The notes under the pieces were generated by a model. It was given only the letters and a program-made list of their open reading frames with translations. It searched no databases and was not told the origin of the DNA. DNA of 64,000 nt from the IMG/VR virus record IMGVR_UViG_3300009790_002068, positions 19,165 through 83,164 of that record; one strand, written 5' to 3'. The stretch's first letter is position 1, and each line of letters opens with the position of its first letter. The position numbers were made by a program, and so were the translations under genes. This stretch comes from a virus. This document shows, piece by piece, positions 1 to 9,046 of the stretch.

Positions 1-1
1 G

Positions 2-718
2 AAAGATGCTTTTCATTGTCCAAAAGAGAATGGTTTAATTATTCAAGGTGGTAGAGAGATTGTTGCTATTAAAGGTTTGTATATAACTAAGAAACGTTAT
101 GCCGCTTTGATATATGATTTAGAAGGTTCTCGTTTAGATCGTAATGGTCCAGGTAAAGTAAAAGCTATGGGATTAGATCTTAAACGTAGTGATACACCTA
201 AAGTAATACAAGAGTTTTTAAGTGACATATTGTTAGGCGTATTAACAGGTGATGAAAGAGATACTGTAATTGAAAAGATTAGAAACTTCAAACAAGACTT
301 TAAACACAGACCTGCTTGGGAAAAAGGTTCACCAAAACGTTGTAACAACTTAACAAAGTTTACTGAAGCAGAAAGACGTGAGGGTAAAACAAATATGCCT
401 GGACACGTTAGAGCAAGTATGAATTGGAATACATTGTGTAAAATGAATCACGACAAGTATAGTGGTGAAATTATGGATGGACAGAAAGTTATTGTTTGTA
501 AGTTAAGACCAAATCCATTAGGAATGAAAAGTGTAGCATATCCAACAGATCAATTACACTTACCTAAATGGTTTAAAGAATTACCATTTGATGATAGTGA
601 AATGGAACAAACAGTAATAAGCAACAAAGTAGACAACTTATTAGGTGTACTTGATTGGGATTTAGTTAGTGATACTGATACCTCAACTACATTTGATGAT
701 TTGTTTAGCTTTAATTAG
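2..718 (+). CDS. Family B DNA polymerase, C-terminal part (partial, open at window edge)
   Basis: Frame is open from nt 2. Contains the KKRY motif and K-x-MGLDLKRSDTP (PolB thumb region, T4 gp43-like). Confidence 0.9.
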   Translation, partial: KDAFHCPKENGLIIQGGREIVAIKGLYITKKRYAALIYDLEGSRLDRNGPGKVKAMGLDLKRSDTPKVIQEFLSDILLGVLTGDERDTVIEKIRNFKQDFKHRPAWEKGSPKRCNNLTKFTEAERREGKTNMPGHVRASMNWNTLCKMNHDKYSGEIMDGQKVIVCKLRPNPLGMKSVAYPTDQLHLPKWFKELPFDDSEMEQTVISNKVDNLLGVLDWDLVSDTDTSTTFDDLFSFN

Positions 719-725
719 GAGATAT

Positions 726-1457
726 ATGAAAGTAAGTGTAACAGGTAGTAGAGGATTTATAGGCAGTAGGCTTGTAGAACTCTTAAAAGAATCTGGACAC
801 GAAGTAGTAGAATGGGACAAGCTAATTAGCGAAGATCATGATATAGCTAATTGGAGACCCGAAGACTGTGACGTGTTAATTCATTTGGCAGGATTAGCCA
901 ATGTAAGAAAAAGTTTAGAACAACCTGAGGAATACTGGTATACAAATGTTGAGTTAAGTAAGAGCTTATTCTTTTTAGCATTGTCAAGTAATATGAGAGT
1001 AATATATGCTAGTAGCTCTTGTGCTAAACGTTGGTGGTTATCTCCTTACGGTACAAGTAAGAAAGCAATGGAATCGATAGCACCGCCTAGAAGTTTAGGT
1101 ATGAGATTTACAACTGTATACGGACCTGGTAGTAGAAAAGATATGTTAATAGGTCGTATAAGAGATAACAAGTTAGAATATGTTACAGATCATACTAGGG
1201 ACTTTATTCACGTAGATGATGTGTGTAGTGCTATTATAAAAAACCTAAATAACACTATACTATCTGGTGTAATTGATGTAGGTACTGGTGTTGGTACTAG
1301 TGTTCAAGAACTATCACAAATAGCTGGAATGGAAGTTCCATTAAAAGAAGGCGAACCTTGTGAAGCATCAGAAAATGTAGCAGATACAAGACCTTTACTT
1401 GCTACAGGCTGGAAGCCTAAATACAATGTAAAGGATTATGTGGAATCAATAATATGA
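726..1457 (+). CDS. NAD-dependent epimerase/dehydratase (extended SDR)
   Basis: TGSRGFIG Rossmann motif, HLAG, YASS, YGTSK (YxxxK), RDFIHVDD. Start taken at MKVSV after AGGAG. Confidence 0.9.
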   Translation: MKVSVTGSRGFIGSRLVELLKESGHEVVEWDKLISEDHDIANWRPEDCDVLIHLAGLANVRKSLEQPEEYWYTNVELSKSLFFLALSSNMRVIYASSSCAKRWWLSPYGTSKKAMESIAPPRSLGMRFTTVYGPGSRKDMLIGRIRDNKLEYVTDHTRDFIHVDDVCSAIIKNLNNTILSGVIDVGTGVGTSVQELSQIAGMEVPLKEGEPCEASENVADTRPLLATGWKPKYNVKDYVESII

Positions 1458-2245
1458 AATTTATAGTAGCAGGATATGGATTTGTTGGAAGTGCTATAGG
1501 TGATTTACTAGCTAAAAATCACGAAGTAATTCCAGTTGATCCTAGACTTAATAAAAATAAAATAGAAGATCACATACACAGTTCCGATGGATTGATAATT
1601 GCTGTTAGCACACCAGAAGGAACAGATGGTAAGTGTGATGTATCAAATGTTTGGAATGTTTTACAACAAGTTCGTTGGCCAAAAGACTATGAAGCTAACT
1701 TTGAATATCAAATTCCAATATTAATTAAAAGTACAGTACCTTGGACAGAGTTGGCTAATATGGAAAGGTTTAAGGTAACATACTATCCAGAGTTTTTGAG
1801 AGAAGCAACGGCTAAAGAAGATTTTGTTAACCAGAAGTATTGTATACTTGGAGGTGAGGACACAACGTTTTGGACTGACTTACTTTACAAATCTTTACCT
1901 TTAGTCAAACATATTCACAACTGTACAATAGAAGAAGCAAGTATTGTAAAGTATATGGCTAATAGTTTTCTAGCAACAAAGCTAACGTTCTTTAATGAAC
2001 TGTTTGAACTATGTAGCAAAACAGGAGCCAATTACGATACAGTAAGCAACTTATTGGGATTGGATACAAGAATTGGAACAGGTCATACTACAGTACCTGG
2101 GCCAGACGGCAAATATGGTTGGGGAGGTCATTGTTTTCCAAAAGACACCCAAGCATTACTAACTGTAGCGAAAGATTTAGATGTCAATCTTTCGTTATTA
2201 AAATCGGCGATTGAATCGAATAAAAATCACCGAAAAAAGACTTGA
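1454..2245 (+). CDS. UDP-glucose/GDP-mannose dehydrogenase family protein (short form lacking C-terminal domain)
   Basis: GYGFVG, IKSTVP, PEFLRE, KYMANSFLA and catalytic GGHCFPKD motifs. Confidence 0.88.
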   Translation: MKFIVAGYGFVGSAIGDLLAKNHEVIPVDPRLNKNKIEDHIHSSDGLIIAVSTPEGTDGKCDVSNVWNVLQQVRWPKDYEANFEYQIPILIKSTVPWTELANMERFKVTYYPEFLREATAKEDFVNQKYCILGGEDTTFWTDLLYKSLPLVKHIHNCTIEEASIVKYMANSFLATKLTFFNELFELCSKTGANYDTVSNLLGLDTRIGTGHTTVPGPDGKYGWGGHCFPKDTQALLTVAKDLDVNLSLLKSAIESNKNHRKKT

Positions 2246-2280
2246 CATATAGGCATGGTTTAAGTTATAATATAGGCATG
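2242..2280 (+). promoter_or_regulatory. Sigma70-like promoter overlapped by an 11-bp direct repeat
   Basis: TTGACA(2242)-18 nt-TATAAT(2266). ATATAGGCATG occurs at 2247-2257 and 2270-2280. Confidence 0.7.
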
Positions 2281-2294
2281 AATGGAGAAAATCA

Positions 2295-3026
2295 ATGAAA
2301 GATTATTTACAAGATATAGTGTTACATACACACGGACTAGGTTTTATTGATCTAGTTAAGATTGAAGGCACTGACGAGGCAACAACATTAGAAGGTTTAG
2401 CAGAAGACCGTAGTGTTATTGTTAAAGCAACCTTTAAAAATACAGTAGCAGAGTTTATAGGTACGTTTGGTATGCCAAACTTAAACAAGTTAGACTTGCT
2501 ATTGAAAATACCAGTTTACAAAGATAAAGCTAAACTAGAATTGTTACGTCAAGAACGTAATGGTACAGATGTTCCAGTAGGAATTCATTTTGAAAACGAA
2601 ACAGGTGACTTTAAAAATGATTATCGTTTTATGACAAGCGAGATTATTAATGAGAAACTAAAGTCAGTTAAGTTTAAAGGTGTTGAATGGAATGTAACTG
2701 TACAGCCAACTGTAGCATCAATACAACGTTTGGCATATCAGGCTCAAGTTCATGCTGAAGAAACAACATTTATTGCTAAAACAGAAGATGGACATCTTAA
2801 GTTTTACTTTGGTGATCATTCTACTCATGCTGGTAACTTTGTATTCCAACCAGATGTAGAAGGTAAAATGACACATGGTTGGGCATGGCCTGTATTACAA
2901 TTACAACAAATTCTAAAACTGCCAGGTGATAAAACTATGATGTTTAGTGATCAGGGTGCCGCTCAAATTAATGTTGATAGTGGTATTGCTGTTTACGAAT
3001 ATATTCTTCCAGCACAGAGCAAGTAA
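2295..3026 (+). CDS. Probable DNA polymerase sliding clamp (gp45/PCNA-like)
   Basis: 243 aa alpha/beta protein close to the polymerase, C-terminal YEYILPA; size and pattern fit phage clamps. Confidence 0.65.
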   Translation: MKDYLQDIVLHTHGLGFIDLVKIEGTDEATTLEGLAEDRSVIVKATFKNTVAEFIGTFGMPNLNKLDLLLKIPVYKDKAKLELLRQERNGTDVPVGIHFENETGDFKNDYRFMTSEIINEKLKSVKFKGVEWNVTVQPTVASIQRLAYQAQVHAEETTFIAKTEDGHLKFYFGDHSTHAGNFVFQPDVEGKMTHGWAWPVLQLQQILKLPGDKTMMFSDQGAAQINVDSGIAVYEYILPAQSK

Positions 3027-3031
3027 GTACT

Positions 3032-4495
3032 ATGAGTGACTTACCCACTAATCTAACAGAATCACAAAAAGATTATGCTATCTTTTTGCCTGCTTTAAGC
3101 TCGTTTTATTCTACGTTTGTTGGTAAGCAACGTTACGAAGAATACACAGCCAACAATAGAATTCCATCTAATATGAATGGACTTGTTGAAAGTGGCAACT
3201 GGTTAGAACCAGCGGCCGGCTTATGGCAATATAAATGGAGCCTATACTCGGCAGGACACGCCAATTTAGATATTGGACAAGTACCAAAAGAAGATATGAC
3301 CAGGAACAGAGACCGTGACAACAGTTGGTTGTTAGGTGACTCAGGTGGCTTCCAAATTGGTAAAGGTAAGTGGGAAGGTGACTGGAGAGCTAATAGCGGT
3401 TGTGCTAAAGCACAAAAGAAACGTGAACAAGTGTTGGCATGGATGGACGAGTACATGGACTATGGAATGGTACTTGATATTCCAGCCTGGGTATCACGTT
3501 CTCCAGAAGGTGCTAAAGCTAGTAATATTAGTTCCTATCAAGAGGCTGTAGAAGGCACAAAATTTAATAACGAATACTTTATTAAAAATCGTAACGGTAA
3601 CTGTAAGTTCTTAAATGTATTACAAGGTGAGAACTTTGCTCAAGCAGATGACTGGTACGAACAAATGAAACACTTCAGTGATCCTAAAGTTTATCCAGAC
3701 AATCATTTTAATGGTTGGTCAATGGGTGGACAGAATATGTGTGATATACATCTAGCATTGAAACGTTTAGTAACATTACGTTTTGATGGTTTACTTGAAC
3801 AAGGTAAACAAGACTTCATGCATTTCTTAGGAACTTCTAAATTAGAATGGGGTGTTATGTTAACTGCCGTCCAACGAGCTGTACGAAAATATCACAATCC
3901 AAGTTTTACAATAACTTATGATTGTGCTTCTCCGTTCTTATGTACAGCTAATGGACAGCAATATACTAATTGGCGTTTGGATCACAAAGGTAAATGGTCT
4001 TACATTATGGAGCCTGCTCCAGATGATAAAGGCTTTGCTCAAGATACAAGACCTTGGGATGAAGAGTGTGAGAAACATCATACAAACTGGTTTCCTAGCC
4101 CACTATCAGAGGGACTGAAAGTTAATGATGTTTGTATATATGCTCCAGGTGATACAAACAAAAATAATAAAGAAGGCAAGACAAGTTGGGATAGCTTTAG
4201 CTATTTCTTAATGATGAATCATAATGTGTACACACATATTAGATCAGTACAAGAAGGCAATAAAGCAATGGACTCTGGTTCATATCCTGCTTGGCTTGTT
4301 AATGAAACGATCACACGTGAATCAGTAGCAGAAGCAATAGATCAAGTATTTGCTATTGACAATCGTGACGAGGCATTAGCCTTTATAGATCACAATACAA
4401 AACTTTGGATGAGAGTTCCTGGTACAAGAGGTGCTATAGGTAAGAAGACAATTAATGCTTCATCTCAATTCAATGCTTTATTCGAGGAGGAATAA
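3032..4495 (+). CDS. TGT-fold guanine transglycosylase, DpdA-like (7-deazaguanine insertion)
   Basis: GDSGGFQ, LDIP, VLQG, HFLG, DCAS and C-terminal HN motifs of the TGT/DpdA family; clustered with folE/queD/queE. Confidence 0.82.
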   Translation: MSDLPTNLTESQKDYAIFLPALSSFYSTFVGKQRYEEYTANNRIPSNMNGLVESGNWLEPAAGLWQYKWSLYSAGHANLDIGQVPKEDMTRNRDRDNSWLLGDSGGFQIGKGKWEGDWRANSGCAKAQKKREQVLAWMDEYMDYGMVLDIPAWVSRSPEGAKASNISSYQEAVEGTKFNNEYFIKNRNGNCKFLNVLQGENFAQADDWYEQMKHFSDPKVYPDNHFNGWSMGGQNMCDIHLALKRLVTLRFDGLLEQGKQDFMHFLGTSKLEWGVMLTAVQRAVRKYHNPSFTITYDCASPFLCTANGQQYTNWRLDHKGKWSYIMEPAPDDKGFAQDTRPWDEECEKHHTNWFPSPLSEGLKVNDVCIYAPGDTNKNNKEGKTSWDSFSYFLMMNHNVYTHIRSVQEGNKAMDSGSYPAWLVNETITRESVAEAIDQVFAIDNRDEALAFIDHNTKLWMRVPGTRGAIGKKTINASSQFNALFEEE

Positions 4496-4692
4496 TGATA
4501 ATGGCAACTGGCAGAAACACTAAAAAAGCTAAAAAGTTATCAGCAGTTTTTGATCACTTTAGTAAAAAAGAAATAGACAATATGACTACTGAAAAGAAAG
4601 ATCAGTGGAATCGCTATTTTGAGAAAGGTGGTAAAATTGAAAAACTACCTTCTCATATAACAAAAGATATGTTAGAAAAATGGAAGTTTTAA
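4495..4692 (+). CDS. Hypothetical protein
   Basis: Short ORF translationally coupled to the DpdA-like gene. Confidence 0.55.
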   Translation: MIMATGRNTKKAKKLSAVFDHFSKKEIDNMTTEKKDQWNRYFEKGGKIEKLPSHITKDMLEKWKF

Positions 4693-5214
4693 GTGAAACG
4701 TGAGTATTCAGGTACAGTTAAAAACAATGTAAACCTTTTTGTAGGCACAGAAGTTGAAAAGACTATTGCTTATGAAAAACGTACATTATTTGTAGTTGGT
4801 ATTCAAAATATTGATTATCTAGAGAAAGTATACGAACAAGAAAAGTGTGAACACATATTCTTTGGTGCTAACCATTCTTTAAGATCACGTGATGGTGACT
4901 GGGAAAGGTGGGAATCAATGATTACACATTTTCTTAAGAAAGGTATATTATGTTCTCTAGATATTCCATACGAAGGTTCAAGTTATATACTTGATACGGC
5001 AGTAGTTAAGTATGATAATTTCATTCCACAATTAAGAGTACCTATTCCACACATTCAAGAATGGCCTGCTAATACTATGGTTAAGATTGATGATATAGGT
5101 TATGACCAAACTAATCCCGGTGTATGGTGTCACAGTTTAGAAGACTTAATGGATGGCAACAAATTTACTTGTTGGGACAGATACACTAAAGACAAGGAGA
5201 TTGAAAATGAGTAA
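4693..5214 (+). CDS. Hypothetical protein in the deazaguanine cluster
   Basis: 173 aa; contains HIFFGANHS and KIDD...TNPGVWCH motifs; co-operonic with the DpdA-like gene. Confidence 0.7.
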   Translation: MKREYSGTVKNNVNLFVGTEVEKTIAYEKRTLFVVGIQNIDYLEKVYEQEKCEHIFFGANHSLRSRDGDWERWESMITHFLKKGILCSLDIPYEGSSYILDTAVVKYDNFIPQLRVPIPHIQEWPANTMVKIDDIGYDQTNPGVWCHSLEDLMDGNKFTCWDRYTKDKEIENE

Positions 5215-5404
5215 AGTAAAAACTCGAATTAGAAGTTTACAAGAAAAGCATAAAGAACTTGATCGTCTAACAACAGACGCTGAACAAGAACGTAATGCTG
5301 ATCGATCAACTAAAGGCAAATGGAATTTAGTAGAACTTAAAAAAGAAAAGTTGGCAATTAGAGACGAAATTAATCGTTTAAGATTATCGGAGAAAGACGA
5401 CTAG
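5207..5404 (+). CDS. Small coiled-coil protein (YdcH/DUF465-like)
   Basis: L-x-E-K-H-x-E-L-D ... LKKEKLAIRDEI pattern; AAGGAG RBS. Confidence 0.6.
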   Translation: MSKVKTRIRSLQEKHKELDRLTTDAEQERNADRSTKGKWNLVELKKEKLAIRDEINRLRLSEKDD

Positions 5405-5412
5405 GTACATAA

Positions 5413-5718
5413 ATGAGTATGTATATGAAAGTCCGTAAGATAGATAATCGTAACAAACTATACGGCGAGTTTGACTATCAAATAAGAGTTCCAGTAAATA
5501 TGTTTTTAGAAATTAGAGCTTGGTGTTGGGAAACTTGGGGACCTTCAATAGAATACTTTTGGTATAATGATTACCGAAGAAGTTATGAATGTAATAGTAG
5601 TTGGTGCTTTGATACAGGATATTCAAACACTAGATTAAGAACAGGTATAATATACCTAGCAACTGACGTAGAAATAAATCTATTCTATTTAAAGTTTGGA
5701 AACAGAAAGAATAGATGA
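5413..5718 (+). CDS. Hypothetical protein
   Basis: 101-aa ORF in the operon. Confidence 0.6.
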   Translation: MSMYMKVRKIDNRNKLYGEFDYQIRVPVNMFLEIRAWCWETWGPSIEYFWYNDYRRSYECNSSWCFDTGYSNTRLRTGIIYLATDVEINLFYLKFGNRKNR

Positions 5719-6053
5719 GCTGTTTATCTTTATTAGTAGCATTGTCGTTACACGTCGGCCTTGAAGGAAATTACAATAATTTTCACCCTCACGCCAGATG
5801 TCAAGTAGACAATCAATTATATGGAGTATACTATAATAGTGAAGAAACAATTTCAGCTTATGGTGGATTGGAATTTAATGCTCCATTTGAAAGTACACTT
5901 GAGGTTGGTTTGGTAACAGGTTACTCTGGAGCACCGGTTGTTCCAATGGCACGATTAACTAAAGACAATTGGTTTGTTGCTCCGTCATATGAAGTAGCAC
6001 CTGGTGATAATAATTGGGGGATAACTTTTGGATATGAATTCAAAATATGGTAA
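5715..6053 (+). CDS. Small putative outer-membrane beta-barrel protein
   Basis: Hydrophobic N-terminus, amphipathic beta-strand pattern, C-terminal GITFGYEFKIW resembling a beta-signal. Confidence 0.5.
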   Translation: MSCLSLLVALSLHVGLEGNYNNFHPHARCQVDNQLYGVYYNSEETISAYGGLEFNAPFESTLEVGLVTGYSGAPVVPMARLTKDNWFVAPSYEVAPGDNNWGITFGYEFKIW

Positions 6054-6061
6054 CATAAAGG

Positions 6062-6090
6062 TTGACATTTGTATTACAATTTAGTATACT
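6062..6090 (+). promoter_or_regulatory. Sigma70-like promoter
   Basis: TTGACA-17 nt-TATACT. Confidence 0.75.
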
Positions 6091-6097
6091 ATAGACA

Positions 6098-6271
6098 ATG
6101 AAACGTAAAGTATCAAAAAAAGAAACAACTCAAGAACAATGGCTTAAAGGCTATTGGAAATGGAAAAATAAGAATTTAATACACATAGCAGATGACGGAA
6201 CAGTAGTTGAACACAAAGATTGGGTTTGGTTACAAGAACATAAAAAGAAAAACAAAAAGCGAGGGAAATAA
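6098..6271 (+). CDS. Small basic hypothetical protein (57 aa, not in ORF track)
   Basis: MKRKVSKKETTQEQWLKGYW...; its stop overlaps the next ATG (TAATG). It starts close to the -10 box and may be nearly leaderless. Confidence 0.55.
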   Translation: MKRKVSKKETTQEQWLKGYWKWKNKNLIHIADDGTVVEHKDWVWLQEHKKKNKKRGK

Positions 6272-6747
6272 TGGAATCACAGATGAGACAAGTAGCAATG
6301 GCAGAAACCAGTAGCGACATTAAACAAAAAGCTAAAAAAATGGTCTGGGTTACGTTTAAAAAGGAAGGTATTCATAAATACCCTGCGGCATTGGACGATC
6401 CAAAGCTGGCAACAGGAGATTGGGACGATGTATCGTTTCTTGGCTATCCTCACCGTCATATTTTTCATTTCAGGGTGTGGATCGAAGTGTTCCACGACGA
6501 TAGAGATATCGAATTCATCCAGTTCAAAAGATGGCTCGAAAGACTCTACTCTACAGGAACAAGTAGTAACGGAGATAAAGGAGAGGGCTCAGCCGACTCT
6601 GAAGTGCTCCTACTAGACTACAAATCATGTGAAATGATTTCAGACGAACTTTTTGACAAAATTACTGAACGCTATCCAGGTCGTTCAGTTTGGATCGAAG
6701 TCTCCGAAGATGGAGAGAACGGTTCTTTTATTCCTTACAACATATGA
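6271..6747 (+). CDS. QueD-like T-fold protein, DpdL-like (putative CDG decarboxylase)
   Basis: LGYPHRHIF matches the LxxxHRHxF signature I recall for DpdL; also REIEF-like, SCE and C-terminal VSEDGENG motifs. Confidence 0.7.
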   Translation: MESQMRQVAMAETSSDIKQKAKKMVWVTFKKEGIHKYPAALDDPKLATGDWDDVSFLGYPHRHIFHFRVWIEVFHDDRDIEFIQFKRWLERLYSTGTSSNGDKGEGSADSEVLLLDYKSCEMISDELFDKITERYPGRSVWIEVSEDGENGSFIPYNI

Positions 6748-6766
6748 TAGACAAAGGATTTAAAAA

Positions 6767-6985
6767 ATGGAAAAGCAAGTTGAACAGGTCTTCAGTGACC
6801 TCGATGGATACAAACGATTCTGTATTCAATTTGGCTGGGTATTTAACGAAGCAGACTTGTACAATAGTAACAAAAAGTCTTACAAAAGCTATATGGACTT
6901 TAAAGAAGGTAAAAGGGTTCCTAACAACTGGGTTAAGGACCAAAAAAACATTGGTAAACGTAAATGGATTATAAAAAAGAAATAG
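6767..6985 (+). CDS. Hypothetical protein
   Basis: 72-aa ORF with AAGGA RBS. Confidence 0.6.
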   Translation: MEKQVEQVFSDLDGYKRFCIQFGWVFNEADLYNSNKKSYKSYMDFKEGKRVPNNWVKDQKNIGKRKWIIKKK

Positions 6986-7248
6986 TGCTGGATATTTCTA
7001 AATACAGTAATAGACATCCATGGAATACAGATGCCCAAGGTAATAGCATTGAGGGAGGTGCCCTTAATGCCAATTATACATTAGTTGATGCTGTTGGTAA
7101 CGTATGTAACCAACTAGGTAAACATGGTTATACATATGGCAAAGACTTTGTATGGGACGATAATGCTTGGACAGATGATATGGACGATGCTATATCAGTC
7201 AAGTATAATGATCCTAAAATAGAAACTTTATTAGGTATAAAAGGATGA
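6964..7248 (+). CDS. Hypothetical protein
   Basis: 94-aa ORF overlapping its neighbours. Confidence 0.6.
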   Translation: MDYKKEIVLDISKYSNRHPWNTDAQGNSIEGGALNANYTLVDAVGNVCNQLGKHGYTYGKDFVWDDNAWTDDMDDAISVKYNDPKIETLLGIKG

Positions 7249-8312
7249 CAGTATACATTGTAGACATTGAGGCTGTAGATACTCGTTACACTAAACAGTG
7301 GAAAGAGCATTTACCTAAACAACTAGGTGAACACTATAACGGCGGCGATGTTGTAGTAATTAGTGGAGGAGAAACTCCACAAGCAACTACACCAGGTGCT
7401 TTTTTAAACTTTGGTGGAACAAATGTTTACAAGTCTAATCAATTAGAACAAATTGGTACTATGTTTTGTGAAGGTAAAATCAAAGATGGTGATTACTTTT
7501 TATATACAGATGCTTGGAATCCTACAGTAATACAGTTAAAGTATATGGCGTCATTACTTGGTGTTGATATTAGAATTGGTGGTATGTGGCACGCCGGCAG
7601 TTATGATCCACAAGACTTCTTAGGTAGACTAATTGGAGATGCTTCGTGGGTTAGAAATGCTGAAATGAGTATGTATGAATGTTATGATGATAATTTCTTT
7701 GCTACAAAGTTTCATATTGATTTATTTACAAATACATTTTGGAATGATGACAGAGATATAGATAGACAACTGTTACACAGTATTAAACAAGTTGGTTGGC
7801 CTATGGAGTATTTAAAAGAAACTCTTGAGCCATATAAAGGTGCTCCAAAATATAATACTATTGTATTCCCACACAGAGTAGCACCAGAAAAACAACCAGA
7901 AATTTTTAAAGATTTGGCAGAGAGTATGCCACAATATAATTGGGTAATAGCACAAGACAAGCAATTATCTAAAGATGAATACCATAAACTACTAGCTACA
8001 AGTAAATTAGTCTTTAGTGCTAATTTACAAGAAACATTAGGTATAAGCTGGTACGAGGGTTCTTTGGTAGGTACACTACCATTAGTACCCGACAGGTTAA
8101 GTTACAGTGAAATGGCGACACCTGATGTATTATATCCTAGCGAATGGACAGAGTCGTGGGATAGTTACATAAAACATAAAGACAAGCTAATAGCACATAT
8201 TGATAAAATGATGACACTAAATGATTATGAATCAGTATGTGATCAATTAGCAAAGAAAGTAGATAAGTTTTTTGATGGCAAAAGACTTTATGAAGCAACA
8301 GAAACCTTTTAA
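7245..8312 (+). CDS. GT-B glycosyltransferase (GT4-like)
   Basis: FPHRVAPEKQPE and QETLGISWYEG (E-x7-E) GT-B C-domain motifs. Confidence 0.82.
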   Translation: MTVYIVDIEAVDTRYTKQWKEHLPKQLGEHYNGGDVVVISGGETPQATTPGAFLNFGGTNVYKSNQLEQIGTMFCEGKIKDGDYFLYTDAWNPTVIQLKYMASLLGVDIRIGGMWHAGSYDPQDFLGRLIGDASWVRNAEMSMYECYDDNFFATKFHIDLFTNTFWNDDRDIDRQLLHSIKQVGWPMEYLKETLEPYKGAPKYNTIVFPHRVAPEKQPEIFKDLAESMPQYNWVIAQDKQLSKDEYHKLLATSKLVFSANLQETLGISWYEGSLVGTLPLVPDRLSYSEMATPDVLYPSEWTESWDSYIKHKDKLIAHIDKMMTLNDYESVCDQLAKKVDKFFDGKRLYEATETF

Positions 8313-8313
8313 T

Positions 8314-8339
8314 GGCAATCCACTGCCTTAACATCGGAG
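8314..8339 (+). promoter_or_regulatory. Candidate mini-pseudoknot cis-regulatory RNA in the folE leader
   Basis: GGCA/UGCC stem with loop AUCCAC; loop UCC is complementary to GGA of the RBS after a UUAACAUC linker. Confidence 0.4.
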
Positions 8340-8345
8340 TAATAA

Positions 8346-9032
8346 ATGAAGAAAAGTGAAGAAATAAAACAAAGACTAAAAGACTCAAATACAAAATTTT
8401 GGGCTGGCGACAATATTAGTGAACATTTAGAAGAAGGAGATAAACAAGCTCTTATCGAAGAGGCAACTGTAGCCTTTGAAAATGTTTTAGACAGTTTAGT
8501 AATTGATCGTGAAAACGATCCAAACAGTATGGACACTGGAAGACGTATGGCTAAGATGTATATCAATGAGATTATGTCTGGTCGTTATAATCCAATGCCA
8601 AATCCGAATTCCTTTCCTAACTATGTAGAAGATGGTTATGAAGGAATGTTAGTAGTAAGAAGTGAACTAAAAAGTCTTTGTTCACATCACCACCAACCAG
8701 TACAAGGTGTAGCTTATATTGGTATTATTGCTGGACCTAAATTATTAGGGTTAAGCAAGTATACTAGAATAGCTCAATGGTGTGCTATGAGGGGGACATT
8801 ACAAGAAGAACTTAATGTAATGATCGCTAACGAAATACAAAAGCATACAGGTTCAAAAGACGTGGGTGTTTATGTACAAGCAACACATGGCTGTTGTGAA
8901 AATAGAGGAATAAGAGCTAAAAGTAGTTTAACCCAAACTACGGTTCTTAGAGGCGACTTTAAAGATGTTTCAGCTACTAAAAAAGAATTTATGGATAACA
9001 TCAAATTACAACAAGAGTTTGCCAAAGACTAA
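8346..9032 (+). CDS. folE: GTP cyclohydrolase I
   Basis: SLCSHHHQP, GLSKYTR, LQEEL, ATHGC motifs. Confidence 0.95.
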   Translation: MKKSEEIKQRLKDSNTKFWAGDNISEHLEEGDKQALIEEATVAFENVLDSLVIDRENDPNSMDTGRRMAKMYINEIMSGRYNPMPNPNSFPNYVEDGYEGMLVVRSELKSLCSHHHQPVQGVAYIGIIAGPKLLGLSKYTRIAQWCAMRGTLQEELNVMIANEIQKHTGSKDVGVYVQATHGCCENRGIRAKSSLTQTTVLRGDFKDVSATKKEFMDNIKLQQEFAKD

Positions 9033-9046
9033 ACCAAAAAGGAGGA

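Noticed and set aside
3032-4495. Calling this a canonical bacterial tRNA-guanine transglycosylase (tgt)
   Set aside because: It lacks the canonical CxCxxC zinc site and is much longer and more divergent; its context next to replication genes favours a DpdA-like role, though a tRNA target is not excluded.
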